A stretch of DNA of 64,000 bases from Candidatus Bathyarchaeota archaeon (GCA_963782525.1 CAWAKC010000001.1:416001-480000), one strand, 5' to 3'; positions 21,594 to 32,552 are shown, counted from the first letter of the stretch. The notes: generated by a model not told the origin, from the letters alone. Translations and numbers: made by a program.

Positions 21594-21884
21594 CTACTCT
21601 TTTGTAAGAGTAATTTCTATGGTTGAAACCATCCTGGACCTATTCTCGCCTTCGCGTGGTGGCATCTCGGCAGTTCCGATTGCAATCTTTGTCACTTTGA
21701 GGTCTTTTATGAATCGGCTTCTTGTGATTTCTGCAACGTCAACTGCGGTGGTGATTGCTTGTCCTCGGGCTTTTAGGGTAATTTCTTTACCTGCACCTGA
21801 AGAGAACGCGGTTATAATAGCGAGTACATAGCTCATTGGTGGTTTATTTCCGACGAATATAACGTCACTAGCTTTTTCTGTCAT
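21594..21884 (-). CDS. albA: DNA/RNA-binding protein Alba
   Basis: IFVGNKPPMSYVLA, LKARGQAITTAVDVAE, VSTIEITL. Confidence 0.97.
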   Translation of the reverse strand: MTEKASDVIFVGNKPPMSYVLAIITAFSSGAGKEITLKARGQAITTAVDVAEITRSRFIKDLKVTKIAIGTAEMPPREGENRSRMVSTIEITLTKE

Positions 21885-22134
21885 TTCATATCACTCCTTT
21901 TTTTAGTTTTTCTTTCCGGTGTAAGCTCATAGTAACTCAAAACTTCCTAATAAACCAAATTCAGCAGTACGATATACAAGCAAGCGCAGTGGAAAAAAGA
22001 AGTGGAAAAATTAACGGTAAAAATCGCTGTCTTCAACGGTAAATTCTGATGTTTGGAGCTCGTTAATATGCAAAAACGCTATAGTTTTATACCTCTACCT
22101 TGAAGGCAAGGTACAAGCAGAGAGGAACAGTTTC

Positions 22135-22905
22135 ATGTCTGTGTCGCCGGGTCTAAGAGAAGTTTTAGCTAGAAGAATCGCTGGAGAAATAATTCTTTCA
22201 AGCAAACCAGGCTCAACCATGAAGAAATGGCGTGAACTCTTCGCAGTTTCCCAAATCAACCTATCCGAAGCCATGGGGCTCTCATCTTCAGTCATAAGTG
22301 ATTACGAAAGCGGTAGAAGAAAAAGCCCGGGCGCCAAATTCATCCGCAGATTCGTTCTCTCGCTTCTGCATATTGACGAAAGTAAAGGCAGCCGCTTCAT
22401 TCGAGAATTCGCCAAATTAACCAGTTCCCCAAGCATGGCAGTCGTTGACCTCCGAGAGTTTCCAATACCAGTCAGGGTGGAGTACCTGTGCAAGGCGATT
22501 GGTGGTGAAGTGGTGGCTTGCAAAGAAAAATTCGTTAAAGAAGTCAACGGCTACACCGTCATCGACAGCAAAAAAGCCGTTGAAGCATACTCGGGCTCAG
22601 AGTACACACAGCTCTTTGGCGCCTCAACCGAGCGGGCACTAATTTTTACTAACATCGAAACTGGGTGTTTGCCTATGATGATTGTACGGGTAAGCAGCCT
22701 TAAACCGCGGATTATAGTTTTCCACAAAACAGTGCCCGATGAAGAAGCCATAAGGATAGCGGAGTACGAGCAGATACCGATAATTTACTCAACTGCACCG
22801 ACCCTTGAGCAACTGGTGAAGTCACTACGCAAGCTTTACAGAATTGCATTGCGAGTTAAGCTGGGAAGACGAAGGGTTCGCCCTCCACCAAAAATAAGCG
22901 CTTAA
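22135..22905 (+). CDS. Conserved archaeal XRE-family HTH regulator (COG1709-like)
   Basis: RIAGEIILS, SVISDYESGRRKSPG, ERALIFT. Confidence 0.9.
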   Translation: MSVSPGLREVLARRIAGEIILSSKPGSTMKKWRELFAVSQINLSEAMGLSSSVISDYESGRRKSPGAKFIRRFVLSLLHIDESKGSRFIREFAKLTSSPSMAVVDLREFPIPVRVEYLCKAIGGEVVACKEKFVKEVNGYTVIDSKKAVEAYSGSEYTQLFGASTERALIFTNIETGCLPMMIVRVSSLKPRIIVFHKTVPDEEAIRIAEYEQIPIIYSTAPTLEQLVKSLRKLYRIALRVKLGRRRVRPPPKISA

Positions 22906-22981
22906 AAATCTCAAATTGTACTGGCTTAGGAATCGTCAATGCCACCTGACCTATTAGGCGCTAAATAGATTGTTTTGACGC

Positions 22982-24796
22982 CTATATGAGGTAGGCTTCT
23001 GTGATGTATCTGCGCATTACCCACTGCGTTTGGAAGTAGTAGGCTATTTTAGCAATCGAGTTTTTCATGAGAGTTATCCAAGCGTCTTTTTGGTTGTAGA
23101 ACGTTGGAATTATTAGGTATTCTAGTTTGCTATAGAGGTCTTGAAGTTCTGCTTCTCTTCTTTCGTTTTCAGTCAGCAGTTCTCGCGGATGTGGACCTAT
23201 TGCCCAGCCTGTTACGCCTTCGATACACCCTTCCATCCACCAGCCGTCGAGCACACTAAAGTTTACAATCCCGTTGTGCGCAGCTTTCATGCCGCTGGTT
23301 CCAGATGCTTCCATAGGCGGCAACGGCGTATTAAGCCACACATCAACACCCGAAGTAAGTTTAGCTGCAATCTCCATGTTATAGTTCTCCAAGTAAACTA
23401 TGCTAATCTGGTCTTTCAATACCCGCGCGTAATCGTGGATTTGCCTGATGAGTTTCTTGCCTTCAATATCGTTGGGGTGAGCTTTTCCAGCGAATATCAT
23501 CTGGATTTTTTCTCTTCGGTTGACATCGTTTAATCTATGTAAATCTGAGAAAATCAAGGTTGCCCGTTTATAGCCTGTTGCTCTTCTGGCAAAACCCAGC
23601 GTCAATGCTTGTGGGTCAAGTTTTATGTCATTGTTTTTTTCCACGAAAGTTAACAAGTCATTTTTTGCTTTGGTGTGGGCGTCCCAGACTTCTCTGTTTG
23701 GAATTTCGCTGGCTTTTGCTAAGAGGATGGGTTCGTTTGTCCAGCCGGGGATGTACTTGTCGAAGAGTTGTCTAAAATACAGGTTTGTCCACGTAAACGA
23801 GTGGACACCGTTTGTGACTGCACGGATGTAGCGTCCTGGGAAAAGTTTTCTTGAGAAATCAACGTGCGCCAGGGAAACGCCGTTGACATATTTGCTCAGG
23901 TTCAATGCAAGGTAAGCCATGTTTAAGTTATCATTGCCCGCATACCGCTTCATATCGCTCAACAAATATTCTTTGCCAAGCACTTGCTCAATGAGTTCAT
24001 ATGAAAATTGGTCGAACGCGGCTTCCACGGGGCTGTGAGTCGTGAAAACACATAGGTTTTGAACTTTCTCAGTATCCATGTTGTTTGCTCGGAGCAATTC
24101 AAGGGTTAAGAGGCTTGAGTGACCTTCGTTCATGTGGTACTTTCTGATTTTGAAAGGAAGATTTTTCAGCATTCGCGTACCAGCGATGCCGAGAATGATT
24201 TCTTGTTTTAAGCGGTAACGTTTGTCGCCACCGTAGAGGGAATCAGTGATTCTTCGGTCTTCAGGAGCGTTCTCTTCGTTGTCGGTATCCAAAAAAAGAA
24301 TAGGCACCATGCCACCTGTGATGCTTTGGTACTCATATAGCCAAGCTTGCACTTTGACTGGGCGCCCCTCAATCTTTACGTCGACTGTGCTAGGCATGAG
24401 GGTTAAGGTTTTAGCTGGGTCCCACTCGTCTGGGAATTCCAGTTGATCACCTTGCTCTGTTAGTTTTTGTCTGAAGTAACCTTTTCTGCTGGCAAGTGTA
24501 ATGGCGATCATCTGGAGTCGCAAGTCTGCGCTGGACTTTAGGATGTCGCCTGCTAAGACTCCTAAGCCCCCGCTGTAAGTTGGCATGCTGGGTGAGATTC
24601 CTATTTCCATTGAGAAATAGGCAATTCTGGGATCGTCTTGGAAGTGCCGTCGGCAGTTTTCGCTGCAGAAACAGTATTTTTTGCCTCCAAAGCTGTCGCT
24701 TGCCACTTCAATTCTTGTTTGCGGGTTCTCTACATCGATCTGTATTCCGCAGACTGGGCATTTTAAAAGTCTCGGGTTACTCAAACGTGGCACCAC
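22982..24796 (-). CDS. glgP: Alpha-glucan phosphorylase with N-terminal YHS/TRASH domain
   Basis: CPVCG..YCFCSENC, then AYFSMEIG, YSGGLGVLAGD, NEGH, EASGTSGMK. Confidence 0.93.
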   Translation of the reverse strand: MVPRLSNPRLLKCPVCGIQIDVENPQTRIEVASDSFGGKKYCFCSENCRRHFQDDPRIAYFSMEIGISPSMPTYSGGLGVLAGDILKSSADLRLQMIAITLASRKGYFRQKLTEQGDQLEFPDEWDPAKTLTLMPSTVDVKIEGRPVKVQAWLYEYQSITGGMVPILFLDTDNEENAPEDRRITDSLYGGDKRYRLKQEIILGIAGTRMLKNLPFKIRKYHMNEGHSSLLTLELLRANNMDTEKVQNLCVFTTHSPVEAAFDQFSYELIEQVLGKEYLLSDMKRYAGNDNLNMAYLALNLSKYVNGVSLAHVDFSRKLFPGRYIRAVTNGVHSFTWTNLYFRQLFDKYIPGWTNEPILLAKASEIPNREVWDAHTKAKNDLLTFVEKNNDIKLDPQALTLGFARRATGYKRATLIFSDLHRLNDVNRREKIQMIFAGKAHPNDIEGKKLIRQIHDYARVLKDQISIVYLENYNMEIAAKLTSGVDVWLNTPLPPMEASGTSGMKAAHNGIVNFSVLDGWWMEGCIEGVTGWAIGPHPRELLTENERREAELQDLYSKLEYLIIPTFYNQKDAWITLMKNSIAKIAYYFQTQWVMRRYITEAYLI

Positions 24797-24872
24797 TTAA
24801 GGAAACGGCTGTCCCCCACTTGATATAGGTATTGATGAGAAGGCTCCGAACTTAGCGTTGTGTCAGGTTTTG

Positions 24873-25346
24873 TTATTCGACTTGTGAGGTTCCTGGCTGG
24901 GTAAAGGGTTCAGTCATACCGACGAGGAGTTTGCCAAATAAGTTGATATGGGTTTCTTCTTCAGCGAGAATTTCTTCAAGCATTCGTCTTGTGGTGTAGT
25001 CGCCTTCTTCTGCAGCAACCTGAATTGCCTGTTTGTATAGCGTGATGGCTTTTTCTTCGTCTTGTTCGTTTTGTTTGAGCATTTCAATGAGGCTGCCGCG
25101 TACGAAGATTGGGTCTGGCTTGGTTGTGGCTACGCCGTTGAGGTAGTCGAGGCGTTCGGCTAAGCGTTCGGCATGTTTCATTTCAGCGATGGCGGTTTTG
25201 CGAAAAATACCTTCCACTAGGGCGCCGTCTGTGCCAGTTACTTGGATGTGCTGCCACATATACTGGATGCTGACTTGGAGTTCACGGGCTATGCCCTTGT
25301 TTAGAAAATCTAAAAGTTTTTGAGAGGCCAAAATAATCCCTAACAA
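24873..25346 (-). CDS. Bacterioferritin/ferritin-like diiron protein
   Basis: EL..SIQY, EMKHAE, EE.AI.LY, EEETH ligands. Confidence 0.9.
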   Translation of the reverse strand: MLGIILASQKLLDFLNKGIARELQVSIQYMWQHIQVTGTDGALVEGIFRKTAIAEMKHAERLAERLDYLNGVATTKPDPIFVRGSLIEMLKQNEQDEEKAITLYKQAIQVAAEEGDYTTRRMLEEILAEEETHINLFGKLLVGMTEPFTQPGTSQVE

Positions 25347-25435
25347 AACCAGAGTCCGCCAGCATATAAATTGATTTCTGAACCAGTAAAAATTTCAGCC
25401 AAAAGGGATAATAACTTAAAGCCTGCCAAAATTCA

Positions 25436-25924
25436 ATGTCTGTGAGCAACATGAAAACACTAATTATCTGTTTTTCCTATCACCATAATAACACTGAAAA
25501 AATTGCTTCCGTCTTCACTAAAACTCTTGAAGCCGAAGTTAAAGCGCCCTCCGAAATCGATCCAAACTCGCTTTCCGATTTTGATCTAGTCGGGTTCGGT
25601 TCAGGAATTTCTTTTGGAAATCACTACAAAGTTCTGCTTGAATTTGCCGATAAAGTCCCCGCAGTAACCAACAAGAAAGCCTTCATTTTTTCCACAAGCG
25701 GTCAAGCAGGAAACGGACCAAAGTTCCACCGAAAACTGCGAGAAAAACTCGAATCTAAGGGTTTTGATATTGTTGGAGAATTTAATTGCACTGGATTTGA
25801 CACTTATGGACTTTTGAAAATTGCGGGTGGCATACAAAAGGGACATCCAAACGAAGAAGACTTAAAACAAGCAGAAACTTTCGCGTTAAGGCTCAAGCAG
25901 CTACCACAAATCTCAGATTCTTAA
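25436..25924 (+). CDS. Flavodoxin family protein
   Basis: SYHHNNTEKIA, GFGSGI, GHPNEEDL. Confidence 0.9.
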   Translation: MSVSNMKTLIICFSYHHNNTEKIASVFTKTLEAEVKAPSEIDPNSLSDFDLVGFGSGISFGNHYKVLLEFADKVPAVTNKKAFIFSTSGQAGNGPKFHRKLREKLESKGFDIVGEFNCTGFDTYGLLKIAGGIQKGHPNEEDLKQAETFALRLKQLPQISDS

Positions 25925-25929
25925 TCCAC

Positions 25930-26496
25930 GTGACCAATATGAAAACGCTGCTTGTTTATGGCACCCGATACGGAGCAACCGAAAGCACCTCAGAAGAAAT
26001 TGCGAAAGTTCTAAGAGCCCAAGGTTTAGAAGTTAAAGTGGTTAATGCCAAAGAAGAAAAAATCAAAGATATCTCCCCTTATGAACTTATCATCGTAGGC
26101 ACTGGGATACAGATGTCGAGGTGGGTTGGCGACGTCGAAGATTTCCTCAAAAAACACCAAAAAGAGTTAGCTCAAAAGAAAGTAGCCCTTTTTGTTTCAA
26201 CCATGAAGACAGTTAGTGAGCGAGAGGGAAAACTTGAAGATTTAGCCAAAGCCAAAAAGTTGGAACTAGACGACAAACTCGGAAAATACGATTTTAAATT
26301 CTTAAGCATAGGTTTCTTCGGCGGCGTGTTGAATTTTAACAAAATGAACATAATCTCCCGCAAAGCCTTTGGCTCGATGCGGACAAGACTGGAAAAGGAC
26401 GGCTTTAAAGAAATAGAACCTGGCTTGTTTGAGTTGCGTAACTGGGATGAAATTCGTGGATGGGCTAAAGAATTAGCGGTTAAAGCGCAGCACTAG
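25930..26496 (+). CDS. Flavodoxin-domain (HemG-like) protein
   Basis: YGTRYGAT, FFGG, RNWDEI; paralogue of 15018..15578. Confidence 0.88.
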   Translation: MTNMKTLLVYGTRYGATESTSEEIAKVLRAQGLEVKVVNAKEEKIKDISPYELIIVGTGIQMSRWVGDVEDFLKKHQKELAQKKVALFVSTMKTVSEREGKLEDLAKAKKLELDDKLGKYDFKFLSIGFFGGVLNFNKMNIISRKAFGSMRTRLEKDGFKEIEPGLFELRNWDEIRGWAKELAVKAQH

Positions 26497-27160
26497 CATC
26501 TGGAATTTGAGGCTGCGGGTTGCTTTTTTTGCCCCTGACTATGGGAATGATGAATTCAAGAACGATAAGCAACAGTATCAAACCAACAATAACCGGTAAC
26601 CCCCATGAATTACCCCTCAAGAACAACGTTATCCAACCGAAGTAGGGGATACGCATAACAACCCGTCCTATCACCAAGTTTTGAGGAACCCCTTGTCCAG
26701 TATTCCAGAGCGTGTTTGAATCGTATTCAGCTACGCCAGGTGTTTTTGGCCATTTGTCTAAGCTGTTCCCATCGCCTTTTGTTTGGAAGTATAGTGTGCC
26801 GTTGATATTATCTACTTTGACTATGCGGTGAACTATGGGTGTGGAGGTTGGGTCTGTTGGGTTTTCGTAGACTATTATGTCGCTATTTGGGTAATTTGCA
26901 TTTAAGTCAGCTGGGTTAATTTTTTGGATGACAATTATGTCGCCGATGTGAAGAGTGTGAGCGAAAGGATGACTCCAGCCGTCACAGGCGCCGTCGAAGG
27001 GAACACACATGCTGCCGCTTTCCACAACTCGAACGGGAACCGACGTGCCGAGTGCTAACTGTAAACCAAAGAAGAAACCCAGAACTATCGCGATGATTAC
27101 GCCGATAACGAGTGCTGATTTGACGTATTCGTTTCGCTTGATTTTTGTGACAATGCTCAA
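26480..27160 (-). CDS. Signal peptidase I, archaeal/Sec11 type
   Basis: VVESGSM, IVHR, TKGDGN. TTG 27160 chosen as start because the longer ORF overlaps the MFS gene. Confidence 0.9.
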   Translation of the reverse strand: MSIVTKIKRNEYVKSALVIGVIIAIVLGFFFGLQLALGTSVPVRVVESGSMCVPFDGACDGWSHPFAHTLHIGDIIVIQKINPADLNANYPNSDIIVYENPTDPTSTPIVHRIVKVDNINGTLYFQTKGDGNSLDKWPKTPGVAEYDSNTLWNTGQGVPQNLVIGRVVMRIPYFGWITLFLRGNSWGLPVIVGLILLLIVLEFIIPIVRGKKSNPQPQIPDASAAL

Positions 27161-27278
27161 GGTCTTGCCTTCAACAATTAACCTGAAAGGAAATGAAAAC
27201 ACCATTAATAAACCGCATTCTTTTCGGAGCATAGGAAACAAGAAATAGTTCATAACTAAAGTTTTCTTTTGGGTTAGC

Positions 27279-28490
27279 ATGCTTAGGACTAAATGGGCGC
27301 AGAAAGCCTTCTTTACCGTAATATGCGTTATGGGGTTGTTTGCAATCCTAAGCTCAACTATGTCCAAGAGCCCCGTTTTAAAACCGTTTGCAACAAGCCT
27401 TGGAACACCAGACGACTTGCTGGGGATAGTGGCTTCTGCCTCAACCATCCCTGGAATACTCATAAGTCTCCCAGCCGCCTCGCTCTCCGACGTCTTCGGT
27501 AGACGCAAAATGTTGTTGTTTTCTGCTTTCGTTTTTGCTTCTGCTCCTTTTTTGTATTTGGGGGTGAGTTCTTGGTGGATGCTGGCGCTTGTGCGGTTTT
27601 ACCATGGATTCGCAACGGCCATCTTCATGCCCGTGGCGGAAGCCTCAATCGCTACCCTGTTTCCGTCTAAGCGTGGAGAACGCATCTCACTCTTCAACTC
27701 TGCCACTGCAGTTGGCAGAGCATTAGCGCCGTTCTTGGGCGGCTACATACTTTTTGCAACCAACGAAAGCTTCTTCACTCTCTACGTCGCTGTGGGCATA
27801 GCGGGCGTCACCGCTTTCATCATTGCGTTGTTGTTCTTGGCTGAAAAACGAACCTTTGCAACAGAACCCTCGGCCATGGAAAGGGCACCTCGAAAAATGT
27901 TCAGCGGCTGGCTAACAATAATCAAAAATACCAATGTCTTAGGCGTCAGCTTCGTGCAGGCTATTCAATATTTTGTTTTTGGTTCGGTCGATTTCTTTTT
28001 GGTTGGATACTTGACTGATGTTGTGAAGATGGATCTTTTATCGGTGGGAATCATTACGGGTAGCGAGATAGTTGCGTTGGTGGTTGTTCGACCGCTAATC
28101 GGCAGAATCTCTGATAGGATAGGTAGAACTAAACCGATTGTCGCAGGCATAGTTGCAGGCTGCTTCATAATTGGGGCAATACCGTTCACATCGCAGTTTC
28201 CACTGCTGCTCCTATTAGCAGTCGCATATGGTGCCTCGTTTGCCACAGTGCTCTCCTCAACCTCACCCATGGTCTGCGATTTAGTTCCAGCCACCTTAGT
28301 CGGTGCCTCAATGGGGTTCCTATCAACCACCATGGACATCGGGCAAACGCTTGGACCCATAGTCAGCGGCGTAATCTTCGCAACCAACCTACGCTACACC
28401 GGCATGTTCCTAACGCTTAGCATCCTAATGGTTGTCTCAGTCGCGGTTTTCTTGCTGTCAAAGAGGCATGCCCAAAAAAACTTAGCGTGA
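27279..28490 (+). CDS. MFS transporter
   Basis: 12 TMs; LSDVFGRR and GRISDRIGR motif A copies. Confidence 0.93.
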   Translation: MLRTKWAQKAFFTVICVMGLFAILSSTMSKSPVLKPFATSLGTPDDLLGIVASASTIPGILISLPAASLSDVFGRRKMLLFSAFVFASAPFLYLGVSSWWMLALVRFYHGFATAIFMPVAEASIATLFPSKRGERISLFNSATAVGRALAPFLGGYILFATNESFFTLYVAVGIAGVTAFIIALLFLAEKRTFATEPSAMERAPRKMFSGWLTIIKNTNVLGVSFVQAIQYFVFGSVDFFLVGYLTDVVKMDLLSVGIITGSEIVALVVVRPLIGRISDRIGRTKPIVAGIVAGCFIIGAIPFTSQFPLLLLLAVAYGASFATVLSSTSPMVCDLVPATLVGASMGFLSTTMDIGQTLGPIVSGVIFATNLRYTGMFLTLSILMVVSVAVFLLSKRHAQKNLA

Positions 28491-29828
28491 TAGAACTTTG
28501 GAAAACCAGCCAAATGCTCCCTTCAAAATGCCAACTAAGAATGGACCTGCCAAGCTCAACACCATCAAAACAAGAGCAATATAGGTGAGGGCTGGAGAAA
28601 ACCCGTTTGCTGCGCTGGAATAGACGTTAAAGGGATAGTAAGTGACGGAGTCAACGCCAAAAGCCACAAACCCAACCCACTTGGTAAGAAAAGCGGTGCT
28701 TTCAAGCAACGAAGCCAACAGCAACACTAGCCCTGCTCCAACGAGCACAGGCTTGATATAATTAACTTTCTTTTTCGAATTCACCGACCCAAGCAACAAG
28801 CCACTTTTCGCAGCTAGGGAAGCCGCTAGCAAACAATAAAACGGCAAAGCCAAATAATCGTACTTAAAAACGCTGACATAAGGCACCGTTAGATGAAGAC
28901 CGAACACAAGCAACAAATTCAGTCCCGAAATAACCGCTATGGTTCCAACACAAACAGCATCCAACCACAAGATTTTCACAAAAAATTTCGTGTAAAAAAC
29001 CGATAGTGCCAAAGAGAAAAGTCCTGCAGCAAACAAAAACCAACCAGCGCTTTTGACAAGAATTATGGGCAAAAACAGCAATGAAGGATTAGCCACCAGC
29101 ACGGGATGGGTTATATCGCTGGCTAAGTAGACCCCGAAAAAGTTCTGATTAGCAAACCCGCCAAACCAAACCGCCTGCAAAACAAACGTCGGCACCAAAA
29201 AAATCAGTACATTACGCAAGTTGATTCTAAACTCAAGCTGTTTTCTTCCCAGGATAATAATCAACAAAAACGGAACCAGCATGAATACAGCGAACAGTTT
29301 AGTCATGAATGCAACAGCAAAAAAGACTCCGGCAACGGCAAGGATCTTTTTGGAATTCTTGCGAACCGCCAAAACCCCCGCCCCCAAAAAGAGCAGGCTG
29401 AAGAAGAGGTTTTGGTTGTCGATGAGGAAGATTTTTGACATGTAAACGTGCCAGGGAACGATGCCGAAGAGTGCGGCAGCCACCAATCCCGTCTTCTTAC
29501 CATACAGCATGGTGCCCAAAGCATAGACCAGAACAACGGCCCCCAACCCGAAAGCAGTCGTCAGCCCCGCCCCATTCGCGTAGGATAAGCCGAAGGCATG
29601 GAAAACTGGTGCATCCAAATAGAAGCCCAGTGGCGGCTGATTAATCATAAGCCCATTCGTAACGAACGGAAACCCGCGGGTTACCACGCTTGTGGCGGCT
29701 TCAAACTCTAGCTGGGCATCCCAATTTGTGTAGGTGCCAGTTGAGAGGGCAACTAGAAAAGCGCCAATTAAGACTCCGCTTAGTTGGTAGTGCTCTTTTA
29801 GGAGGGCGAGAAAACTTTTCCAGTTCAC
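28482..29828 (-). CDS. GT-C / family 39 (PMT-like) glycosyltransferase
   Basis: WD..E, QPPL, polytopic membrane protein, AFMTK. Confidence 0.8.
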   Translation of the reverse strand: MNWKSFLALLKEHYQLSGVLIGAFLVALSTGTYTNWDAQLEFEAATSVVTRGFPFVTNGLMINQPPLGFYLDAPVFHAFGLSYANGAGLTTAFGLGAVVLVYALGTMLYGKKTGLVAAALFGIVPWHVYMSKIFLIDNQNLFFSLLFLGAGVLAVRKNSKKILAVAGVFFAVAFMTKLFAVFMLVPFLLIIILGRKQLEFRINLRNVLIFLVPTFVLQAVWFGGFANQNFFGVYLASDITHPVLVANPSLLFLPIILVKSAGWFLFAAGLFSLALSVFYTKFFVKILWLDAVCVGTIAVISGLNLLLVFGLHLTVPYVSVFKYDYLALPFYCLLAASLAAKSGLLLGSVNSKKKVNYIKPVLVGAGLVLLLASLLESTAFLTKWVGFVAFGVDSVTYYPFNVYSSAANGFSPALTYIALVLMVLSLAGPFLVGILKGAFGWFSKVLSR

Positions 29829-29980
29829 TTCCAGGTTCCCAGCAGTAGCATACTCTAATGTTTACCATTTTAAAATTTCCCCATCCACCTCAAACTGGAC
29901 CTGTTGCGTTTGGTTGCGTTCTTTGAAACCGTAAATCATAAAAACTAAACTCCAAAATAGATGCCCTTTGAGGAAAACCT

Positions 29981-30319
29981 TTGGGTCAAACAGAAACCAA
30001 AAGACGGCCCTTAATCTATGCAATCGTTGTTTGGATGGTACTTAGCATAGTTGTTGTAATGATTTCACTACTTGTCGGTGACACAGCCGACCTAAACAAC
30101 TGGATAGAAATCGTGCTGTGGATAACCTCCATCGCTGGCGTGTTGTCTATGAGGAAATGGGGTGTCGCCTTCGCCATATTCACTTTAAGTTACACACTAA
30201 GCACCAGTATGGGCATAGTAATCTACTATCAAATTTGGATAAACGCCATCAGAGTAATCGTCAACATCCCAATCATCATCTACCTCTTCAGAGAACTCTT
30301 CAAAGGCAAATTCAAGTAA
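29981..30319 (+). CDS. Hypothetical 4-TM membrane protein
   Basis: Hydrophobic 112-aa ORF with GAGGA SD. Confidence 0.7.
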   Translation: MGQTETKRRPLIYAIVVWMVLSIVVVMISLLVGDTADLNNWIEIVLWITSIAGVLSMRKWGVAFAIFTLSYTLSTSMGIVIYYQIWINAIRVIVNIPIIIYLFRELFKGKFK

Positions 30320-30455
30320 CGACCACGGCGAAACTGTATTTTATACTTTGTATTTTTGGCGAAAGTGATAAGTTTTAAAAAGCGTTCAAGGGTTTAGTAA
30401 GACATATTATTTGAGGCGAATATGTTGCAGCAGAATTTGGCTGGAGGGTTTATGT

Positions 30456-30977
30456 TTGAGGGGTAAGCCATGGTCAATTGAAGAAGAGCGGCTTTTACGT
30501 CAACTCGTCGAAGAAAGAAAGGGTATCGATACAATTTCGCAAGTTATGGGTAAGACCCGAACTTCCATCAAGGGTAAACTTTACAATTTAGGATTAAATC
30601 TGAAAGTTGTTGCAACCGGTCTGCAGAATTCAGTTGCAGCAGCAACAGCAACACCTTCTCTGGCTCCAGTGGTCGAATCCGCTGGGGTCGTTATTCCAGC
30701 TTTAGTGACCAATCCTGATTTAGTCGAGGAGGTTGAAGCTGACTTGAAAACAAGACCACTGCCAAGCATCGAGGAGAAGCTGCGGGAATTGGATAATGCT
30801 TCAAAGGCGTTACATCACAAAGGTCTTAGTCCAACAGAGATCAAACGATTAGGTAAGATCATCGACGCAGCGAAAGAATACAATCAACGCTTTGAAAAGT
30901 ACGCACACTATCGTGACTTAGAAAATGAACTTGTAGAGTTGAGACGACAGTTTGCATCAGAAAAAACCAAGAAGTAA
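30456..30977 (+). CDS. HTH protein (Myb/GcrA-like N-terminus, coiled-coil C-terminus); possible terminase small-subunit analogue
   Basis: KPWSIEEERLL..MGKTRTSIKGKL. GGAGG SD before TTG 30456; overlaps the terminase start. Confidence 0.65.
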   Translation: MRGKPWSIEEERLLRQLVEERKGIDTISQVMGKTRTSIKGKLYNLGLNLKVVATGLQNSVAAATATPSLAPVVESAGVVIPALVTNPDLVEEVEADLKTRPLPSIEEKLRELDNASKALHHKGLSPTEIKRLGKIIDAAKEYNQRFEKYAHYRDLENELVELRRQFASEKTKK

Positions 30978-32411
30978 AGCTCAAAGTCCTCGATGCTTCA
31001 ATGCCGATGAGCTTCAAGCGCAATGGCGAGGTCTTCGGGAAGACTACAGAATCTACCTGGCAGCCAAGGTTGCGCAGATCGATGCAGTTAAAGGTGACAC
31101 GGCTAAATTCTTCAACGAAGTTTGTCACCTAAAACCTTTCGCGTACCAGCTTGAGCTTGCAGAGTTGTACCGGAAAAATCAGTTTTTGGCTGTTAGATGG
31201 CCAAGGCAGACAGGCAAAAGCACATCCATAGGAGGATTGCTTCTGCAGGACGCCTACGAAAACAACGATCTAAACATCGGGTTCATCGGACCCAGCTATC
31301 GCCAAACCAAATTAAACCTCCGCCGCGTAGCGGGCTTTTGCCGCAACCTCCCATCTGGAGCCTGCCACATTCAAAGAACCGAATCAGCTTCAAAAACGGC
31401 TCCGTCATCGAAGCCTTCCCAAACAACCCCGACACAATCCGAGGCAACACCTTCCATAGGATATGGTGGGACGAAACCAACTTCACCGCAAGCGACGAAG
31501 ACCTCTACGACGCCATCCTATTTACATTGGGAACCACAAACGGCAAACTCATCGCCAGCAGCACACCGTTTAACACCGATTCACTGTTTTGGAGAATGTG
31601 CAACCACAAAGACTACGTGGATTTTGTGAGACACCATTTCAGTTGGGAGAAGGCTCTAGGGCCGGCGGGTCCGCTGAGTCCGGAGATGGTTGAGAGGATT
31701 CGGCGGCAGTTCGGAGATGACCCAGCAAGGTGGCAGCGGGAGATGGAAGCGGAGTGGGCAGAAGACGAGGACACATGGTTAGCCCAGAGCCTAATCGTTT
31801 CTTGTGTTGGCACTACAAAGAATTGCGGAGAAGACCTCGAATTGTATGACATAGAAGAAAGCTACACTGGAGAATTCTATCTTGGTTTGGACATAGGTCA
31901 AATAAAGGATTACACCTGCTTGATCGTTGTTGAGCGAGTCGGCGACATCATCTTTTTGAGGCATCTAAAACTGTTTCCCCACCCCACTACCCATGCGCAC
32001 GTTCTAGGGTACATTAAGCGGTTGCAAGATCAGTGGGCTGGCTTTGAGAAAATCCGTGTAGATTTCACTCGTGAAGGACCCAGCTTAATCAAAGACATGG
32101 AAAACGCAGGCATACAAAATACCGAAGGCGTAAACTTCAGCGTACCCCGCAAAAGCGAAATAGCAAATGTCCTAAAGCAACGTATGATGAACCATCAGTT
32201 TTTCTTTCCACTGTTAACCTGGGAAAAACCCTATCGAAGCGATATTTGTACCGAACTTAACGTCGAAAAATATCAACTACGCAACGATGGCAACATAGGA
32301 TACAGCCACCCAACCGGCACCCACGACGACGTATTCTGGAGCATAGCACTAGCTATTTACGCAACTGTTGAAATGGTACCCGAACAATTCGTAGCTGTTG
32401 TACCTCGATAG
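30952..32411 (+). pseudogene. Terminase large subunit-like ATPase-nuclease split by a -1 frameshift at ~31380
   Basis: Walker A RQTGKST in frame 30952. Walker B IWWDE, SSTP, RNase H-type GLDIG..DYT and HDDVFWS in frame 31197. Junction reads HIQRT/RISFKNGS. Confidence 0.88.
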
Positions 32412-32552
32412 ATGAAAATCAGAAAATGGATAAACCAAGAGTCAGGAATTAGAAACCGAAACCGAGTTCAATAACACTTCTTTCTCGATCTAAAAAGTGA
32501 GGAGTCTAAACCAAAAAAAGAAAGAGGGGGGTATATTTGTTTTTTTACAGCT

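Noticed and set aside
27161-27508. Long N-terminal extension of the signal peptidase ORF
   Set aside because: It is antisense overlap with the MFS gene; peptidase-like sequence starts near 27160.
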